A stretch of DNA of 34,532 nucleotides from Halocafeteria seosinensis (taxonomy: Eukaryota). Every line of letters starts with the position of its first letter. The first letter of the stretch is position 1. Made by a program: the position numbers and the translations under genes. The notes beneath the pieces are model-generated. The model was given only the letters and a program-made list of their open reading frames with translations. It was not told the DNA's origin and ran no database searches. The stretch spans positions 1 through 34,532 of the forward strand of contig LVLI01000422.1 in assembly GCA_001687465.1 (NCBI GenBank), written 5' to 3'. Shown piece by piece: positions 17,830 to 30,592 of this stretch.

Positions 17830-19119
17830 TCATTGATCGAATTCAATGAGATATGTCAGGTTACACTGATTGACTTGGTATACGATAAATTCGTCATTTC
17901 TCACATTGGATTCACCCGCTTTTGCCCAGGTGCTATCGAACCCGTTAACTGGGAATGATTCCGCACTTGATTTCGGAACGTAAGGGTTTCCTAAAGCCAC
18001 GTCAGCCAAGAACATAAAGCACTTGTCTTCTCTGCTCCCATCCCAGTAGCCATAAGAGTAGTTCAAACTCTTAGTGGAATCGGATGCAAAGTAGAGACCG
18101 TTTCCGAACATTGAACCGGTAAAGTTTGCAGTGGAAGGAGGGTTTACTTGCAGACCGTCCTTTAGAATGCTCAAAAGGTTCGCTTTTTTGGTTCCATGCC
18201 ATAGCTCTCTAACGTTACCAAATCTTTCCGCCGCTAAGTTAAATGATTTGGACATTGATCCAATTTCAATTTTGTATACTTGTTTAACCTTCAAGTGTGA
18301 GCAAACATGGGCATCCTTCCTCGTATCGATGTACTTTTTCTCAATCCGGTTAAATATGGATTGGTCCACTACGTCGATGTCTACATCAAACACCTGTTCG
18401 GCCTGGGGTTTCGGTTTATCGTCCACTTTGCCGTCCTCGGATACTGACTGACCCTTCACAGTTAAAGAGTCAAACGAGATTTCCAAAGAATTCAAAATTT
18501 CGTTTTGTTTCGCGATTCTTTCAGGTGTCCCAAAGAAATTGTCTATATTGAAGCGCATTCCCACATCCTGAGGGATTAAGCGGAAGTACTTGCTGCAGAG
18601 ATCATTAATTGCTGATTCATCTTTCACATCGGCATCGTACTGCTCCTTGATATTTTCCAGCAACTCCCTGGCACGAGTGATAGCTTCCCGTGTCACTATT
18701 CCCAATGGTGTGGTAAAGAGTCCCGTTGCATGATCGTATGTGATTTGAGTATTTTTTGTAATTTCGTGGATGTTCCATTCTACCAAATTGTCGACTAGAT
18801 CTCGAAGAACGGGGTTGTGAATTTTTATTTGGTCCCTCGCCACACTTCTCAATTCCTGGTCTGAAGGAGTAGAAGATACGTCCCCTTGTTTACCTACCGT
18901 AAGCAACTCAGAATACCCTTTCTTCTCTTTCTGACGTTTTTTACTTTCCAAGAACCCGATATCTTTTCCATGGAAAACCTTCTTTTGGGATCCCTTTCCG
19001 ACTCTTCCCCATTCGGTGATAACTGTGTTGTCAGCGAACAATTTGCCCGTCCAGAACTTATTGGAATTGACTCCAACATCCGCTAAGATGAGCCGGATCT
19101 CCTTGATCACTTTGGACAT
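17830..19119 (-). CDS. WGR-domain poly(ADP-ribose) polymerase, intronless
   Basis: NSNKFW..EWGRVG (WGR); TPLG..YFRLIP helical domain; LWHGT, MFGNGLYFA..STKSLNYS, NDEFIVY (H-Y-E triad intact). ATG at 19119. Confidence 0.93.
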   Translation of the reverse strand: MSKVIKEIRLILADVGVNSNKFWTGKLFADNTVITEWGRVGKGSQKKVFHGKDIGFLESKKRQKEKKGYSELLTVGKQGDVSSTPSDQELRSVARDQIKIHNPVLRDLVDNLVEWNIHEITKNTQITYDHATGLFTTPLGIVTREAITRARELLENIKEQYDADVKDESAINDLCSKYFRLIPQDVGMRFNIDNFFGTPERIAKQNEILNSLEISFDSLTVKGQSVSEDGKVDDKPKPQAEQVFDVDIDVVDQSIFNRIEKKYIDTRKDAHVCSHLKVKQVYKIEIGSMSKSFNLAAERFGNVRELWHGTKKANLLSILKDGLQVNPPSTANFTGSMFGNGLYFASDSTKSLNYSYGYWDGSREDKCFMFLADVALGNPYVPKSSAESFPVNGFDSTWAKAGESNVRNDEFIVYQVNQCNLTYLIEFDQ

Positions 19120-19775
19120 TGTCACTAGCAATAATTGCAACAGGAGGAAGAGAGAGAGAGAGGAATTTGTCTCCGCAAGGAATTCGTCTCGTCTCGTTTC
19201 CGCAGGATTTATCGAGAGTCCTTATCCACACACACGCACATGTTATCAATTATCCCAGCAATTTTCAACCCATACTTCAACGAAGTCAATGAAGTTGTCA
19301 TTGAATTTTTCCGCTTGTAGTAGCAAACTTCAAATTTTCGCATAGCATACTCCTGCGAAACCAACTTAACTACCTCATCCGCGCATGTGGCCCTGTGTAA
19401 AAGACAGCAGGGGTGAGGAACGAGTTTAAACGTTCGAGGGAGATCACCGTAACTGGAACTCGTGGATACTCAGATGCTGTTTCCCGCTTTCGGAAGCCAC
19501 AAGATCTGTAGTACATTCGCATCGCGTCTTTCATTCAATAAATGTTGAGTTCTCGCTTTATCTCTCCCAATTTAGTAGAAACTTTGATCTATTGGCGACC
19601 AAGCTCTGGTTGGCGACTTCTGAGTGAAGTTCTGACCGAAAAACTTTTCACAGTGAGTATTTCCGGCATACGAATAGTTGTAAAAAGAGTTCAGTATTGT
19701 CAGGAAATGAAAATGTACTAGTTTCCTGGGACATAACGAAAAGTTTACAGAAGTTATAACTTAACATCAGCCAGG

Positions 19776-20633
19776 ATGGCTTCTCAAGCAACGAGTTCCC
19801 TGTCGTTTATCGATGCCGGTGTGAATTTGTGCGCCAAGCAGTTTAAGCAAGGCCAATCGGGGCTCATTAAGCGTGCGCAAGACGCCAATGTTAGAGGTTT
19901 AATTACCATTTCGAATGGGTACAAGGACTGGAAACCGAACTTGGGCCATTGTCGACGCTTTTCGAAATTGGAAGGAACTCCAGGAGAATTCCAAGTCAAG
20001 ACAACGATAGGGATACACCCTCACGATGCCAAATCTATGTTCAAGGAAGGCACTTCATTAGACTCGACGATGGCTGAGTTAGAGCAATTATTGGAAGATG
20101 ACGCAACTCGAGGAGATATAGTCGCCGTTGGAGAATGTGGATTAGACTATGATAGAATGTTTAGCCCCGCTGAACAGCAGCGAGAAGTGTTTCGACGTCA
20201 GATTGTCGTGGCAGCCAGGCATAACAAGCCTGTGTACTTGCACGAGCGCAAGGCGCATGAGGACTTCTGGACCATCATGAAGGAGGCTCGAGAGAACTAT
20301 CCAAGCCTACAAGGAATTGTGCATTGTTTCACGGGAGACGAAGAGACCATGCATAAATACCTGTCGCTGGGGCTCTACGTGGGAATTACAGGTTGGATTT
20401 GCGATTCACGGAGGAATCGCCATCTTCTCAAGGCTGTGAAAACGCTGCCAATGGAAAGACTAGTATTAGAAACAGATTCGCCGTTTCTGGCTCCACCTGA
20501 GATTAAGCAAAGGAAGAACGAGCCTTTCTCTTTACCATATATATGTGCGAAAGTGGCAGAGGTGAAGGGAGTGGATACTGATACAATCATGCAGCATGCA
20601 AGGACCAATGCAAAAGATCTGTTCGGACTCTAA
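19776..20633 (+). CDS. tatD: TatD family nuclease, intronless
   Basis: IDAGVNL, GIHPH, VGECGLDY, LHER, VHCFTG, GITGWICDSRR, LETDSPFL. Confidence 0.95.
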   Translation: MASQATSSLSFIDAGVNLCAKQFKQGQSGLIKRAQDANVRGLITISNGYKDWKPNLGHCRRFSKLEGTPGEFQVKTTIGIHPHDAKSMFKEGTSLDSTMAELEQLLEDDATRGDIVAVGECGLDYDRMFSPAEQQREVFRRQIVVAARHNKPVYLHERKAHEDFWTIMKEARENYPSLQGIVHCFTGDEETMHKYLSLGLYVGITGWICDSRRNRHLLKAVKTLPMERLVLETDSPFLAPPEIKQRKNEPFSLPYICAKVAEVKGVDTDTIMQHARTNAKDLFGL

Positions 20634-20893
20634 TGCACACAAGTCGCCATATTCTTGAACAATTTAATATTTTCAAACTCTATATGAACTCCAAGGACAA
20701 CGATCCTGTTCATCTACGGCACTACGGGTAGGAGCAACACGAAAATCCAGCGACGCGTAGAGCTTGGTCGACGAGCACAATAATGTTATCGTTACTGGAT
20801 CGGTCTCTCCCCAACCAACGAAGTGGTTCGTTTGGAGGTTTATCTAGGTACCACACTGAGCAAGGATTAGCCCAGAATACTCGCGGGGCTGCA

Positions 20894-22607
20894 TCAGCTA
20901 AACGCAGTACGAACATGGTGCAGCACTGAGTTCCACTCGCTTGTACTAAAATCTCTGTTGTGATGGTCTAAATGAGTAGCAGTCATTTGAAAAATTGCGC
21001 CGTGGTCGTCCTGGGAATTTCCACTCAAGAAATCGAGTTGCGCATGTAGCTGAGTAGCTAAGGGAATGACTCTGTAACCCCGGTTACGCAATAAAGAAAT
21101 AGACCTGTAAATAATACGCTTAAAAAATTGGATGGATAAGAATACATACTTGTCCTGTGGATGAAATGCTATCACCAGATGTCTCCTTTCCGACTGCCGA
21201 CTAGCTAGAAGTTTCTGCCAATGGGGAAGTGTGGCCAGTTCCCATCCTACAACGTATTCAAGCACTATCCATAATGCTTTGCGGGCACCAGTGGCATACC
21301 ATAAAGAGGCATTTTCAGGTCTGCATGCCCATCCTAGCGCATGGAACTGGGCCACGTCGGAAAGATGAGCAAACGTCCTGTCTGCACACACATGAATTCC
21401 ATGGAAGTGCACAGCTGCCTGAACGCACAGGGCACCTCCTATACTATGTCCGAGGATCAATATTTTACTGGAATCAAATTGGAGTCTGTCTCTGATGAAG
21501 GAGACCATTGACCCCGTCTGGATGATTAGACTTTCCCTGGTGGTAAAATAATGATAGCCAGAAAAAGAACCCCAGAGAGAACCGACCAATCGGGACGCCA
21601 ATTTAGACAAGGAGGGACTCGTATCAGATAAATCCAAACGCCCCCCACTTTCTCCCACTCCACAGTAGTTGAAGACAGCTACAGCCAAATTATCTCTCCG
21701 TAAAAGCTGGATTTTATCTATGCTCATGGTTTCGTAAAATTCGCCGTTCCCCAAACTGCAACGTACGGTAGTAATCGAAGGGTTGGAAAAAATCTGACAA
21801 TCATATTCGAGAACTTAACATACCATAGCAGTACTATACCTCGGACCCTCTGAGGATCCGCTCCAAATACCATTGCGTCAATATGTGAGCCATCTGGGCA
21901 CTGAATTGACCACCTGCATATTGTAACCAACAATCAAAATTATTTCTTTAAAACGCATCAGTGAAGAGTTGTGCATCTGCACCCACCTGACCCCGTCCAA
22001 AGATGTCTGTTGCTTGTGTCTGCCTCTGCTTAAACGACTGTATTCTTTTTCCATTAACTCAGCAAAGGGTCCAATTCTGTCATTGAGCCAAGAGTTGCCT
22101 CGTAGAAACCTCACAATAGAAACGGCAGCACGTTGTGCTGGCACAACCGCGAGTCCTATGAAATTATGGAATAAACGCAGCAAAGTCATGGTGATTCCTA
22201 GTGTTACAACAGTTTTCAAACGGAAACCGCCATTGACCAGATAGCCTAGACCGAGTATGAAAAGTCCCATCGGTAGAATCGCTTTCGCTTTCTGCACGAA
22301 ACAAAAAAGCAGCCAATGAAAATCACACTTCCCATTTTTTCCCGAAAGTCTTACGTACCAGTTTTAAGTACTGGTGAAGTAATAACGATCCCACGTCAGC
22401 TAGGCGTACCCTGTGCGTTCGGTTCGTCGTTGGATCCATTGCTGCGTCGTACTCCTCCCCCTCTTCGTCTTCACCTCCGTCAGAAAATGAGTCCTGAGAC
22501 ACGGATCTGGTCAATAGAGGGGCTGATTCCTCGTCCCCTTGCCCTGGGCGTTGATGAGGCTGCTGCTCCTGAGACACCGCCGAGTCATTCAATTGCTGCT
22601 GCGACAT
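20894..22607 (-). CDS. Membrane-anchored alpha/beta hydrolase (ABHD12/13/16-like), multi-exon
   Basis: TM segments in 21878-22297; GNGEFYE, FNYCGVGES, GHSIGG nucleophile elbow, DRTF, late D and H. Introns are evident between the ORF pieces. Confidence 0.8.
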
Positions 22608-23025
22608 GCCTCTTCTTGTAGACACACAACACACGGAGGGTCTGTAAACTTACATCTCCGAGTGAGACTTGTCTTGCGTGCCAACACGTCAAGAAGAGGC
22701 GAATGTAATGGACAACACGCAAGATAAGGTAAAAGAAACTTCAACTTGCCCCCTCTATTGATGGATTGCACGCGATAAATCAAGCTGAATGAAACCAAAT
22801 ACCATGTCTTTGTACAAAAGTGCAGGAAAACATCTCGTATGGTGTAGTCGAAGGTTCATGAAACAAGGAATAGCGATAATAGTGAACTTCACAAAACTCC
22901 AGCTAACCATATGTATATTGGGACTTGATTGTTCCCGAAGCTACCATCAAAGAATGACGCAGAGGAAGCACATAGCTCTTCGCTAACCAGACTATGCGGC
23001 CCTCTAACATGAAAACATTATTTGT

Positions 23026-24643
23026 TTACGGAAGTAACCCGTATCGACCAGTAGCTAAAGCCTTGGAGGCAAAACACTCTGGCGTACAGAATTCGCCGCT
23101 ATGACATCCAGAATGGGGTCCACATACGAATTCACGTCCACAGTTCACACATTCTGTTACTTCATTGGTGTCCAAACCAGAGGAACTTTGCTGGCCGTTC
23201 GTGGCGCCCCAAGTGTGTGACTGAGAAGCCTTCAACAACGATCGATGCGCTGTACGTTGGCGTTCAAATTCGAAGACATTCATGTCATCACCACACAGCA
23301 TTCGCGTCAACTCGTCTCCAGGCTCTGTCAGATCAGCAACTTTCTTGGATCTTCTGTTCAGTTGTTTATTTGAACCATTGCGCTGAAACGAAGTCGGTAT
23401 CCGCCGATTTGGAGTCCGGGGCTTTCTTGTATCGGCACTCACAGTCCTAGATTCAGAGTAGTGGAAACCAGGACCATCCTCAAGTGCTTCCGTAAGGACG
23501 TGTAGATTAGGGAGCTCATCACGTTCGCACATTTGCTGAGCCCCTTCCGGAGGAGTGAATGGCATCTCTCTACAATACCTACTAAAATGTGTGAAGTCTT
23601 CAGATGTTTGTACACGCTTGACGGCTGGAAATGGGCGATCCTCCTGTCGGAAGCCCGTTTGATTGTCAAACACCTCCTGGGCTTCCTTGCAATTGCGATT
23701 ATACACTTCCACACACATATAGCATACACGAACTCGTGTGACTCTAGCTGGTTTTTCGCCTTGAGATGCCCGACCATCCACTGTCAGAGTCAAAGACTCT
23801 TCATAAGAAGAGGGTGAGCTGCCACCGTTGCTGCACGAGCCACTTTGTTCTGACTCTGCAGAACGACAACGGGCTTTCCCTTTCTCCTGTATAAGATCGT
23901 GTCTATCGAGTCTACTGCTGGTATCCTCAGTCGGTGCTAGCTTCTGGGCTGACGCACTGCACTGGCTATTTCGCCTCGACAGTGGATTTTCGCAAGTCTC
24001 ACCGCAAAACTCAGCATCGCCGTGCCTTCTTCCATCAGGATTTCCTCCATCATCATCGGATGTTGCCTTGTGTAGTCCCTTGTCTAAGGAGCAAGACTCT
24101 GGAAGCCCAATACTCGACCTGGGAGATACTACAGGAAGTAGCACATGTTTCTGTTTAGCACATTTGCCGCAACACAATAATCCGCATGCCCGGCTGCAGA
24201 GAATCAATACATACACATTATGGACGGCCAGTGATTTTTCTTTTTTGGCTCTCCAAAACAAAGAACAGAAGAGTACCCGTTAAGACTTACCAGTGGTGGC
24301 GCCTGCGGAGTAACGAGAAAGTATGTCCGCAAATCAAGCATGCCTGGGATGCATTGTCCGCAACCCATGCCTCATCTCTCCGCGTTAACAATTTCGGCAA
24401 GCGAATGACTTCGTCTTCGCTTCTCTTTCGATTCTTTGACTGTTCGCTTCGATTCTGCTGTTGTTGATCAGTTCCTCCCAAACGTAGTGGAGATAAAGCT
24501 GGAGGTTCAGCTCCGCGGTGTTGCTGCTCACGTCGGGCAGTATTACTCGTGCTCCTCTGGATGCCACCCTCTTCCTGGCCCCCAGTACTGTTGCTGGATT
24601 GCATAATCAACGAACCCAGTGAAGAACTGGTACGAACCGGCAT
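23026..24643 (-). CDS. FYVE zinc-finger protein, two coding exons
   Basis: WVAD...CLIC...FSLLRRRHH, intron GTAAGT(24290)...CTGCAG restoring C-RACG, CCGKC and a distant RVCYMC. C-terminal CVNC...FCTPEC. Confidence 0.85.
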
Positions 24644-26291
24644 CCTTTCTGGGTGTTCCCACAACTGTTTTTCTTTTTACCGCTGCTTGTTTTGAAGCTT
24701 TGCACGTTTCAGGTTGACCGACTCAGATCAACTGCAAGTCAAAATCAACACATACAGAGTGCATGAACACCACATCCGTCATAAGCGCATCGATAATTTG
24801 CAAGCAAAGGCTAAAACCCGAGAAAAATTACAACCAATGGAGCACAACAACAGCAAAGTCGTCGATCAAAGTCGAGAACACTCCCGGAAAAAAGCGACAG
24901 CGTGGACAAACAAGAAAATAAACAAAAAAACAAGCCAAGAACCACATAAGCACCCACGTTCTGTATACCTTCTCTTGCTCTCACTCCGACATCAACCAAT
25001 GCACCACAACAACTCATTTCAGCGCAATGGAATGCAATACCCTCTCGTCAACTCCGCCCTGATACGGGGCTCGGGCGAGTCGGGAGCCAGCCGCCGACTC
25101 GGGGCCCACTCTAGCGGGGTTATATCAAACCACCCCAGGCTCTTCAACGTACGCATACTCGGTGTCCTCTGCTCCTTCAGAGACGTATACAGGTGGAAAA
25201 GGGAGCATAGGGAAATTACTTCCCTGGGAAACCCCGGAAAGGGCCGTAGCAAGTGCATAAAACTTGCAGTCGAAAGACTTCTTTTTTTCGCACTGGGACA
25301 AAAAGCCGCCACGGAAAAAAAGGGTCTCGGTCATGATTCGTCTTGCTCCTTACCTCTTCTTTGACCCTCTGTTGGCCTATCTTGAAGTAGAGGCACGTGT
25401 CGGACGTCGTGTCCTAACCAAATACACACAATTAAGGTTACCAATAAACTCCAATGCAATATAGTCCAAAAAATGATTGATACTAATGCAATTTTTGATG
25501 TTGAGAATGTCTTATATATTCAACAAATCTCGCACATCTTCAGCTCAAGTCCAATGGGCACTGGAAGATTAGCCGCTCCGTGGTGCGGTGGCCCCGTGCC
25601 TCGGGCGGGGAAAATGCCCCGCCACATGCCATAAAAACGGCCGAAGCGGACCAAGTCATTTCCCGCTTCGGACGCATTAAGTTACCATTAACCCACTTTC
25701 CCCAGTTACATGCCGCATTAAAGCGCATGCTCGGTCGTCTTTTCTCACGAGGAGTCGTTCAGAAGCCTGGAACTGAGTATGGGGTAACTCCTCTCTTGAC
25801 GGGAAGTTACAGAATCGCCAACCTTGTTCCGGAATGGCTGATGTGTAAATTGTTTCGACGTTCTCAGAAAGCAGATGTTCGCACATATGGGATACCATCT
25901 GATGTGCAATCACTGTGTGTATTTAAATTCGAAGCGGGCCTTGCTTGGCGAAAAAGAAAATGTGTGTTGAAGTTGCGAAAAACCTTCTGGTTGTTGTTGA
26001 AGCAGAAAACCATCTTCGCCTAACTTCCGGCGGCAGGCCGCTCTACGTAACTGATACGCGGTTTTAAGTGAAACAGCGTTCTGTTCTGCGAAGTGTATAT
26101 GGTATCTAATGGCTGTGGTACGCTAAACTGACAACATATGTGTTATGGATTCCTTTCCGCAATTCAGCAACGTCTTCTCCTTGCTCCTTCGACCTATGCT
26201 GGAAAAAAGTTGATGACACTATATCACTTTCTCCAATTCCCTCTCTTCTTTCTCCTAAGACTTTCAGAGTTGACGAAGCAAGTCCGTTCCA

Positions 26292-26989
26292 CTATCCAGC
26301 CGATCTGGAGGTAGCAACGATGTGGCCAAGGACTCCGAGTATCATGACCAAATTACACAGGCTGCTCATTCCGTGCCAAATACCAAAGGATTTCTTTGCT
26401 TCCTTTACCCGTGGATCATTATCGACAGCGTCAGGATCTTCATCCCCAAGCTCTTCTCGAGCATCTAGCCGGCTTTTATGTAAGCTCTCCATTGCTGACT
26501 TGGTGGCTGGTCCCACAAATATCTGCAAAAATACCGAGGAAAACACGGTGAAAACAGTGTCAAACAAAAATCCCTTCCAGCATAGTGTTCCATTGCACAT
26601 ACCATATTTAGAAAAGAAGAGAAGAGCGCTACCCATGCTAGAATCATTGCAATTTTGGCTGAATAGTTGAGCATTTGAACCGACATGCTCACCACCCTGA
26701 AAAAGTTCCGTCCTTCCGGTATCGGCTTGTTGTACAACGCTTGCAAGAAATACGTTAAAACCGTAACGAGGCCACTGAAAGTGCATACTTGAAAGTATTT
26801 AGGGAATAAAAGACTTTGTACTTGTGAAAACGTCTCCCGTGGCAGATTACGAAACAGCAGTATTCCACTGAAGAATGTCATCCATATCGCGGCTCCAAAC
26901 CATGTCGCCACTGTGATGTTATGGAGGGAGTATATTCCCCACTTAGGAGGTACTAGGGAACCTGCATAGTCCTCAAATGACGCCACCAT
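26292..26989 (-). CDS. TMEM205: TMEM205/DUF4149 membrane protein, multi-exon
   Basis: WMTFFSGILLFRNLPRETFSQVQSLLFPKYF and KKSFGIWHGMSSLCNL. Confidence 0.88.
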
Positions 26990-27140
26990 TGTCCATCAAC
27001 TGAATGTCGCTGTTCCAACTTCAACTTGGCTCGTATTTTCAAAAATCCACACAACTGAATGGCAAGTGACCTCTGTATCCATGGAGCACAGTGACGAACG
27101 TCTTTAGATATCAATCAATAGTGGACGGATATGTCGTGCA

Positions 27141-27173
27141 AAGACTCTTGGTCCAGAGTGGACCAAGAGTCTT
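27141..27173. repeat. Perfect 15-bp inverted repeat in divergent intergenic region
   Basis: AAGACTCTTGGTCCA-gag-TGGACCAAGAGTCTT. Confidence 0.9.
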
Positions 27174-27377
27174 GGAGGAATAAAGGAAAAGTGAAACTTA
27201 AGTTTGTAGGCTACGGAGCCCGAATAGCTTCGCGGAGGTGTGTATTGCCATGTTAGGTTGGATTGCTATAGATAAAAAGTGCATCGTCCGTATGAAACTG
27301 CCGTGAAAAGGCAGATCGATAGATCTGCGGAATGTGCAGTCGTATAGGATAAGAAGCCCATTAAACATCGGTAGAGA

Positions 27378-28462
27378 ATGACGACGGCAGATGGCAAGAT
27401 CCCCCATGTACGGCTTTCCAACGGCGTTGAAATGCCCGTGTATGGCTTAGGACTGAGGTACGTCCGTCTGAATCTACCTTCAAATCAACCCTATAAAGTA
27501 CCATGAACACAACTGCATGATGCAGTCATCATGGGGGATTCAACCCGGAAGCAGTCCACGAGAGCCTCCGACATGGAATACGATTGTATGATACCGCCAA
27601 GAGATATGGCTCCGAAGAGCCATTGGCACAAGCAATATCTTCGTTCAAAAAGGACCAAGGACGTCAAGATCTCCCAGATTCCCTGTTTATCACGTCGAAG
27701 CTATGGTGCGTGACTCTGTTGTCGATGTAGAACATTGGATTGTTCTGATTCATGTTCACATGGTACATCCATGCAGGCCTGGAGATGCCAACAATGTTCG
27801 GAAGGCATTTCAGGAATCCTTAGAGCGCCTCGGAGGAAAACTCGATTTGTATTTGGTCCACTGGCCTGGCCCATGGCCTCCCTCAGGCCATCAGGACCAC
27901 CGCCAGCTAGCAGAATTCCGCGTCCAAGTCTGGCGTGAAGTAGAGAAATTGTACGATGAAGGGAGAACGAGAGCAGTGGGCGTCAGTAACTTTCTTAGCC
28001 AACACATGAAGGATCTTTTAGAGTCGGAAGAAGTGTCGATTACTCCCATGCTCAACCAGGTTGAGTTTAATCCTCTGCAATATCCGGAAGCGATCCTTGA
28101 ACAGTGCAAAGCCAACGATATCGTTGTGGAGGGGTACTGTCCCTTGGCAAAAGGCAATGCTCTGGATCATCCAACTGTTACAAAAGTGGCGAATGAAGTC
28201 GGTGCAGATCCTGCAATTGTTCTGTTGCGTTGGTCTCTTCAGCATAATGTATGTTTGCTTCCTTCTTAAATACGCACCGGTACGTCATCCAACGTGCATC
28301 TCTGACTTGCAGGTCATCACCATTCCCAAAACGACAAAACCCGGAAGAGTTGCAGCAAACCTTGAATGCTTCAATATAACGCTTTCTGATAGTCAAATGA
28401 AGGCACTGAATAACATTAATGAAGACTTCCGCGCGACATGGGACCCTACAATCGTCGCTTAG
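27378..28462 (+). CDS. Aldo-keto reductase, multi-exon
   Basis: LSNGVEMPVYGLG, YDTAKRYGSE, TSKLW, DLYLVHWP, GVSNF, NQVEF and IPKT across short introns. Confidence 0.93.
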
Positions 28463-28482
28463 GAGGGAAAGCCCAGCAGCGA

Positions 28483-30131
28483 TCATCCATGCGAATGTCC
28501 CGCAATCTGACTCAAAACGAGTGGCAGAACCATGCCAAAATAGAGCACAAGCAGGTCCATTGACCGCTGTGACTGCGGCAGCATGAAATAGACCTTTGCT
28601 TTGTAAGACTTCATCTGGTGTCTCAGCCCTTCCGGGAAGATAGCACAACAACTCCCGCTTTCGTATGCAATTTTGATTCTGCGTTTCACACTACCACTCG
28701 ATGTTTTAGAATCTTTTCCGTCGTATCCGTCCTCCTCTTCGAGTAACCCTTCTTCCTCCGTGCTTTCAGGACCCTCTTGAGCCTCGCCAGTAGGTGATGG
28801 TGTAGGGAAGACACCTCGGCCAGTGGTCTTTGGGGTTCGAATACCGAGGTGGGAAGCGGAGGCTCCACTACTCTCAGTAGGTTGGCGGTAGCTTGCATCG
28901 TGATCTTCCTGTGTCCAAGAGCCTTTAAGAGAAAGCGATGGATTGGCTTCTGGCTTTGGCACGTGAGACGAGCCATCTTCACTGAACGCCTCTGGTAACG
29001 CATGAGTGGTGGCCACGTGTAGAAAAGTGCCTGCCGCGAATAAGAACGCATGAGCGAGCCACTGCTGGGAGAAATGCCCTGACGAATCACTCGCGAAAAT
29101 TAATACCAGCAAATATGCACCCACGGAACCAAGGGGAGCTGCAACAGAAAACAAGAGTATACTGCGAAGCAGAGCTCTGTCTTGCAGCTTAAGGAACATG
29201 TTGCTGAAGGAACAAAAGCTCGCCGTGAACGAAGCTTGTTCACCTGCCTGTTGAACTTTCTGCGCTGCTTGCGAAACCATTGTCGTCAACCCGAAAGCAG
29301 CTGGTGCCTTATGCAGCATGATAGCCATCAGCATAATGTTACTGATCCGATAGTCTTCAGACCCGGCCGTTTTCGTATTCAATGACGCGGATGCACATGC
29401 CACTCCCAGTGCCACCCCATCCATTGCTGCATGCAGTAGCAAGCCCCATACAGCTGCCATTTTGTCATTTGCCTTACTGCTCTTTGTCGTAGTAGCAGTA
29501 GCACGACGGGACGATCTTTCCGGGTTCTGCTTCGGCTCCCCTTGCACAGCCTCTTCTTCATCATCTGCATCATACGATTGCTCACTCGGAGTGGCATTTA
29601 ATCCCTCTGTAGCACTGGTACTACCTCCATCTCCGGGTGGCCCATGAGAATGCCCATGGTGATGAGCATGGGAGCCATGAGCATAGAGGTCCACTGCAAT
29701 CATCAGTGCAAACCCTGCCATTAAGGACAGTCCAATTTGCCAGGTCGGTAAATGATGATGCTCATGTTCATACTCCTCCGTCTCCATAGAGCGAGCCGAA
29801 TAAGAGTCCTCAGTTTGCTGTAACAAAGCTCTTTTCCCAGCTTCTTCCTCGTGAGGAGGGGCTTGTCCTTCCATCCAGAGAGCGATGGCTGCGTTATACA
29901 GATATAAAGAGCAACATTTTCTACATCTTCCATCCTAGCTGGACCCTCAGGGAGCTTACCTTCGGGCAGAACGACGGTCAATGCTGTCCCTACGAGCAAC
30001 CCGGCGCCTAGAATGGACAAATACTTGGTCGTCTTGGGCGAAACTGGGGCCATTAAAGGCACCAAAGCTGCCAATAAGGAGCCCATAAACATGGCCAGAC
30101 ATGATAGAAATAACCATGCGATTGGACTCAT
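28483..30131 (-). CDS. SLC39A9: ZIP family zinc transporter, ZIP9-like
   Basis: LGAGLLVGTALTVVLPEG then intron; His-rich loop; HAAMDGVALG, IMLHKAPAAFGL, GTFLHVATTHALPE. Confidence 0.9.
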
Positions 30132-30592
30132 TTTACTCCCTTTTTCTTTCTTTGTAAGACAAGGAAACACAACTGGTGATGTTCATGTGTCATTTGACAA
30201 CCCGAAATATCCAAAGAAACTTAAGCTCAGTACTTAACCCCCGTAACCTCCGTAAAGTTCCCATCTGCAACTTCCAAGAAAGAATCTGGCCCAACTAAGA
30301 TGCAACATATGCATTTAAATTTTGTAGATTTACAACTAATGACCCAAGGGCAATGGCAATGGTGGTCGATAGTAAGCAGCAAGTAGTGCCTTGATGGTAT
30401 GGAATTGTAAGAGCATGACCAATTCACACCAAGAGGGAATCTGAAGTTCTCACACTTAAGCTTGCTACAATGTATTACATGATGAATGTGATGAGTCAAT
30501 GTAGCTCGGAGAAAAGTCCCAATACACTTTATACCATATTGTACATTGGGTATCTGCATTAACTAGTGCAGCTGTTCCTACTTATATCCTAC

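Noticed and set aside
24714..26023. 216-aa and 147-aa plus-strand ORFs as genes
   Set aside because: No recognisable motifs. The first is antisense to a T-rich intron/UTR-like region.
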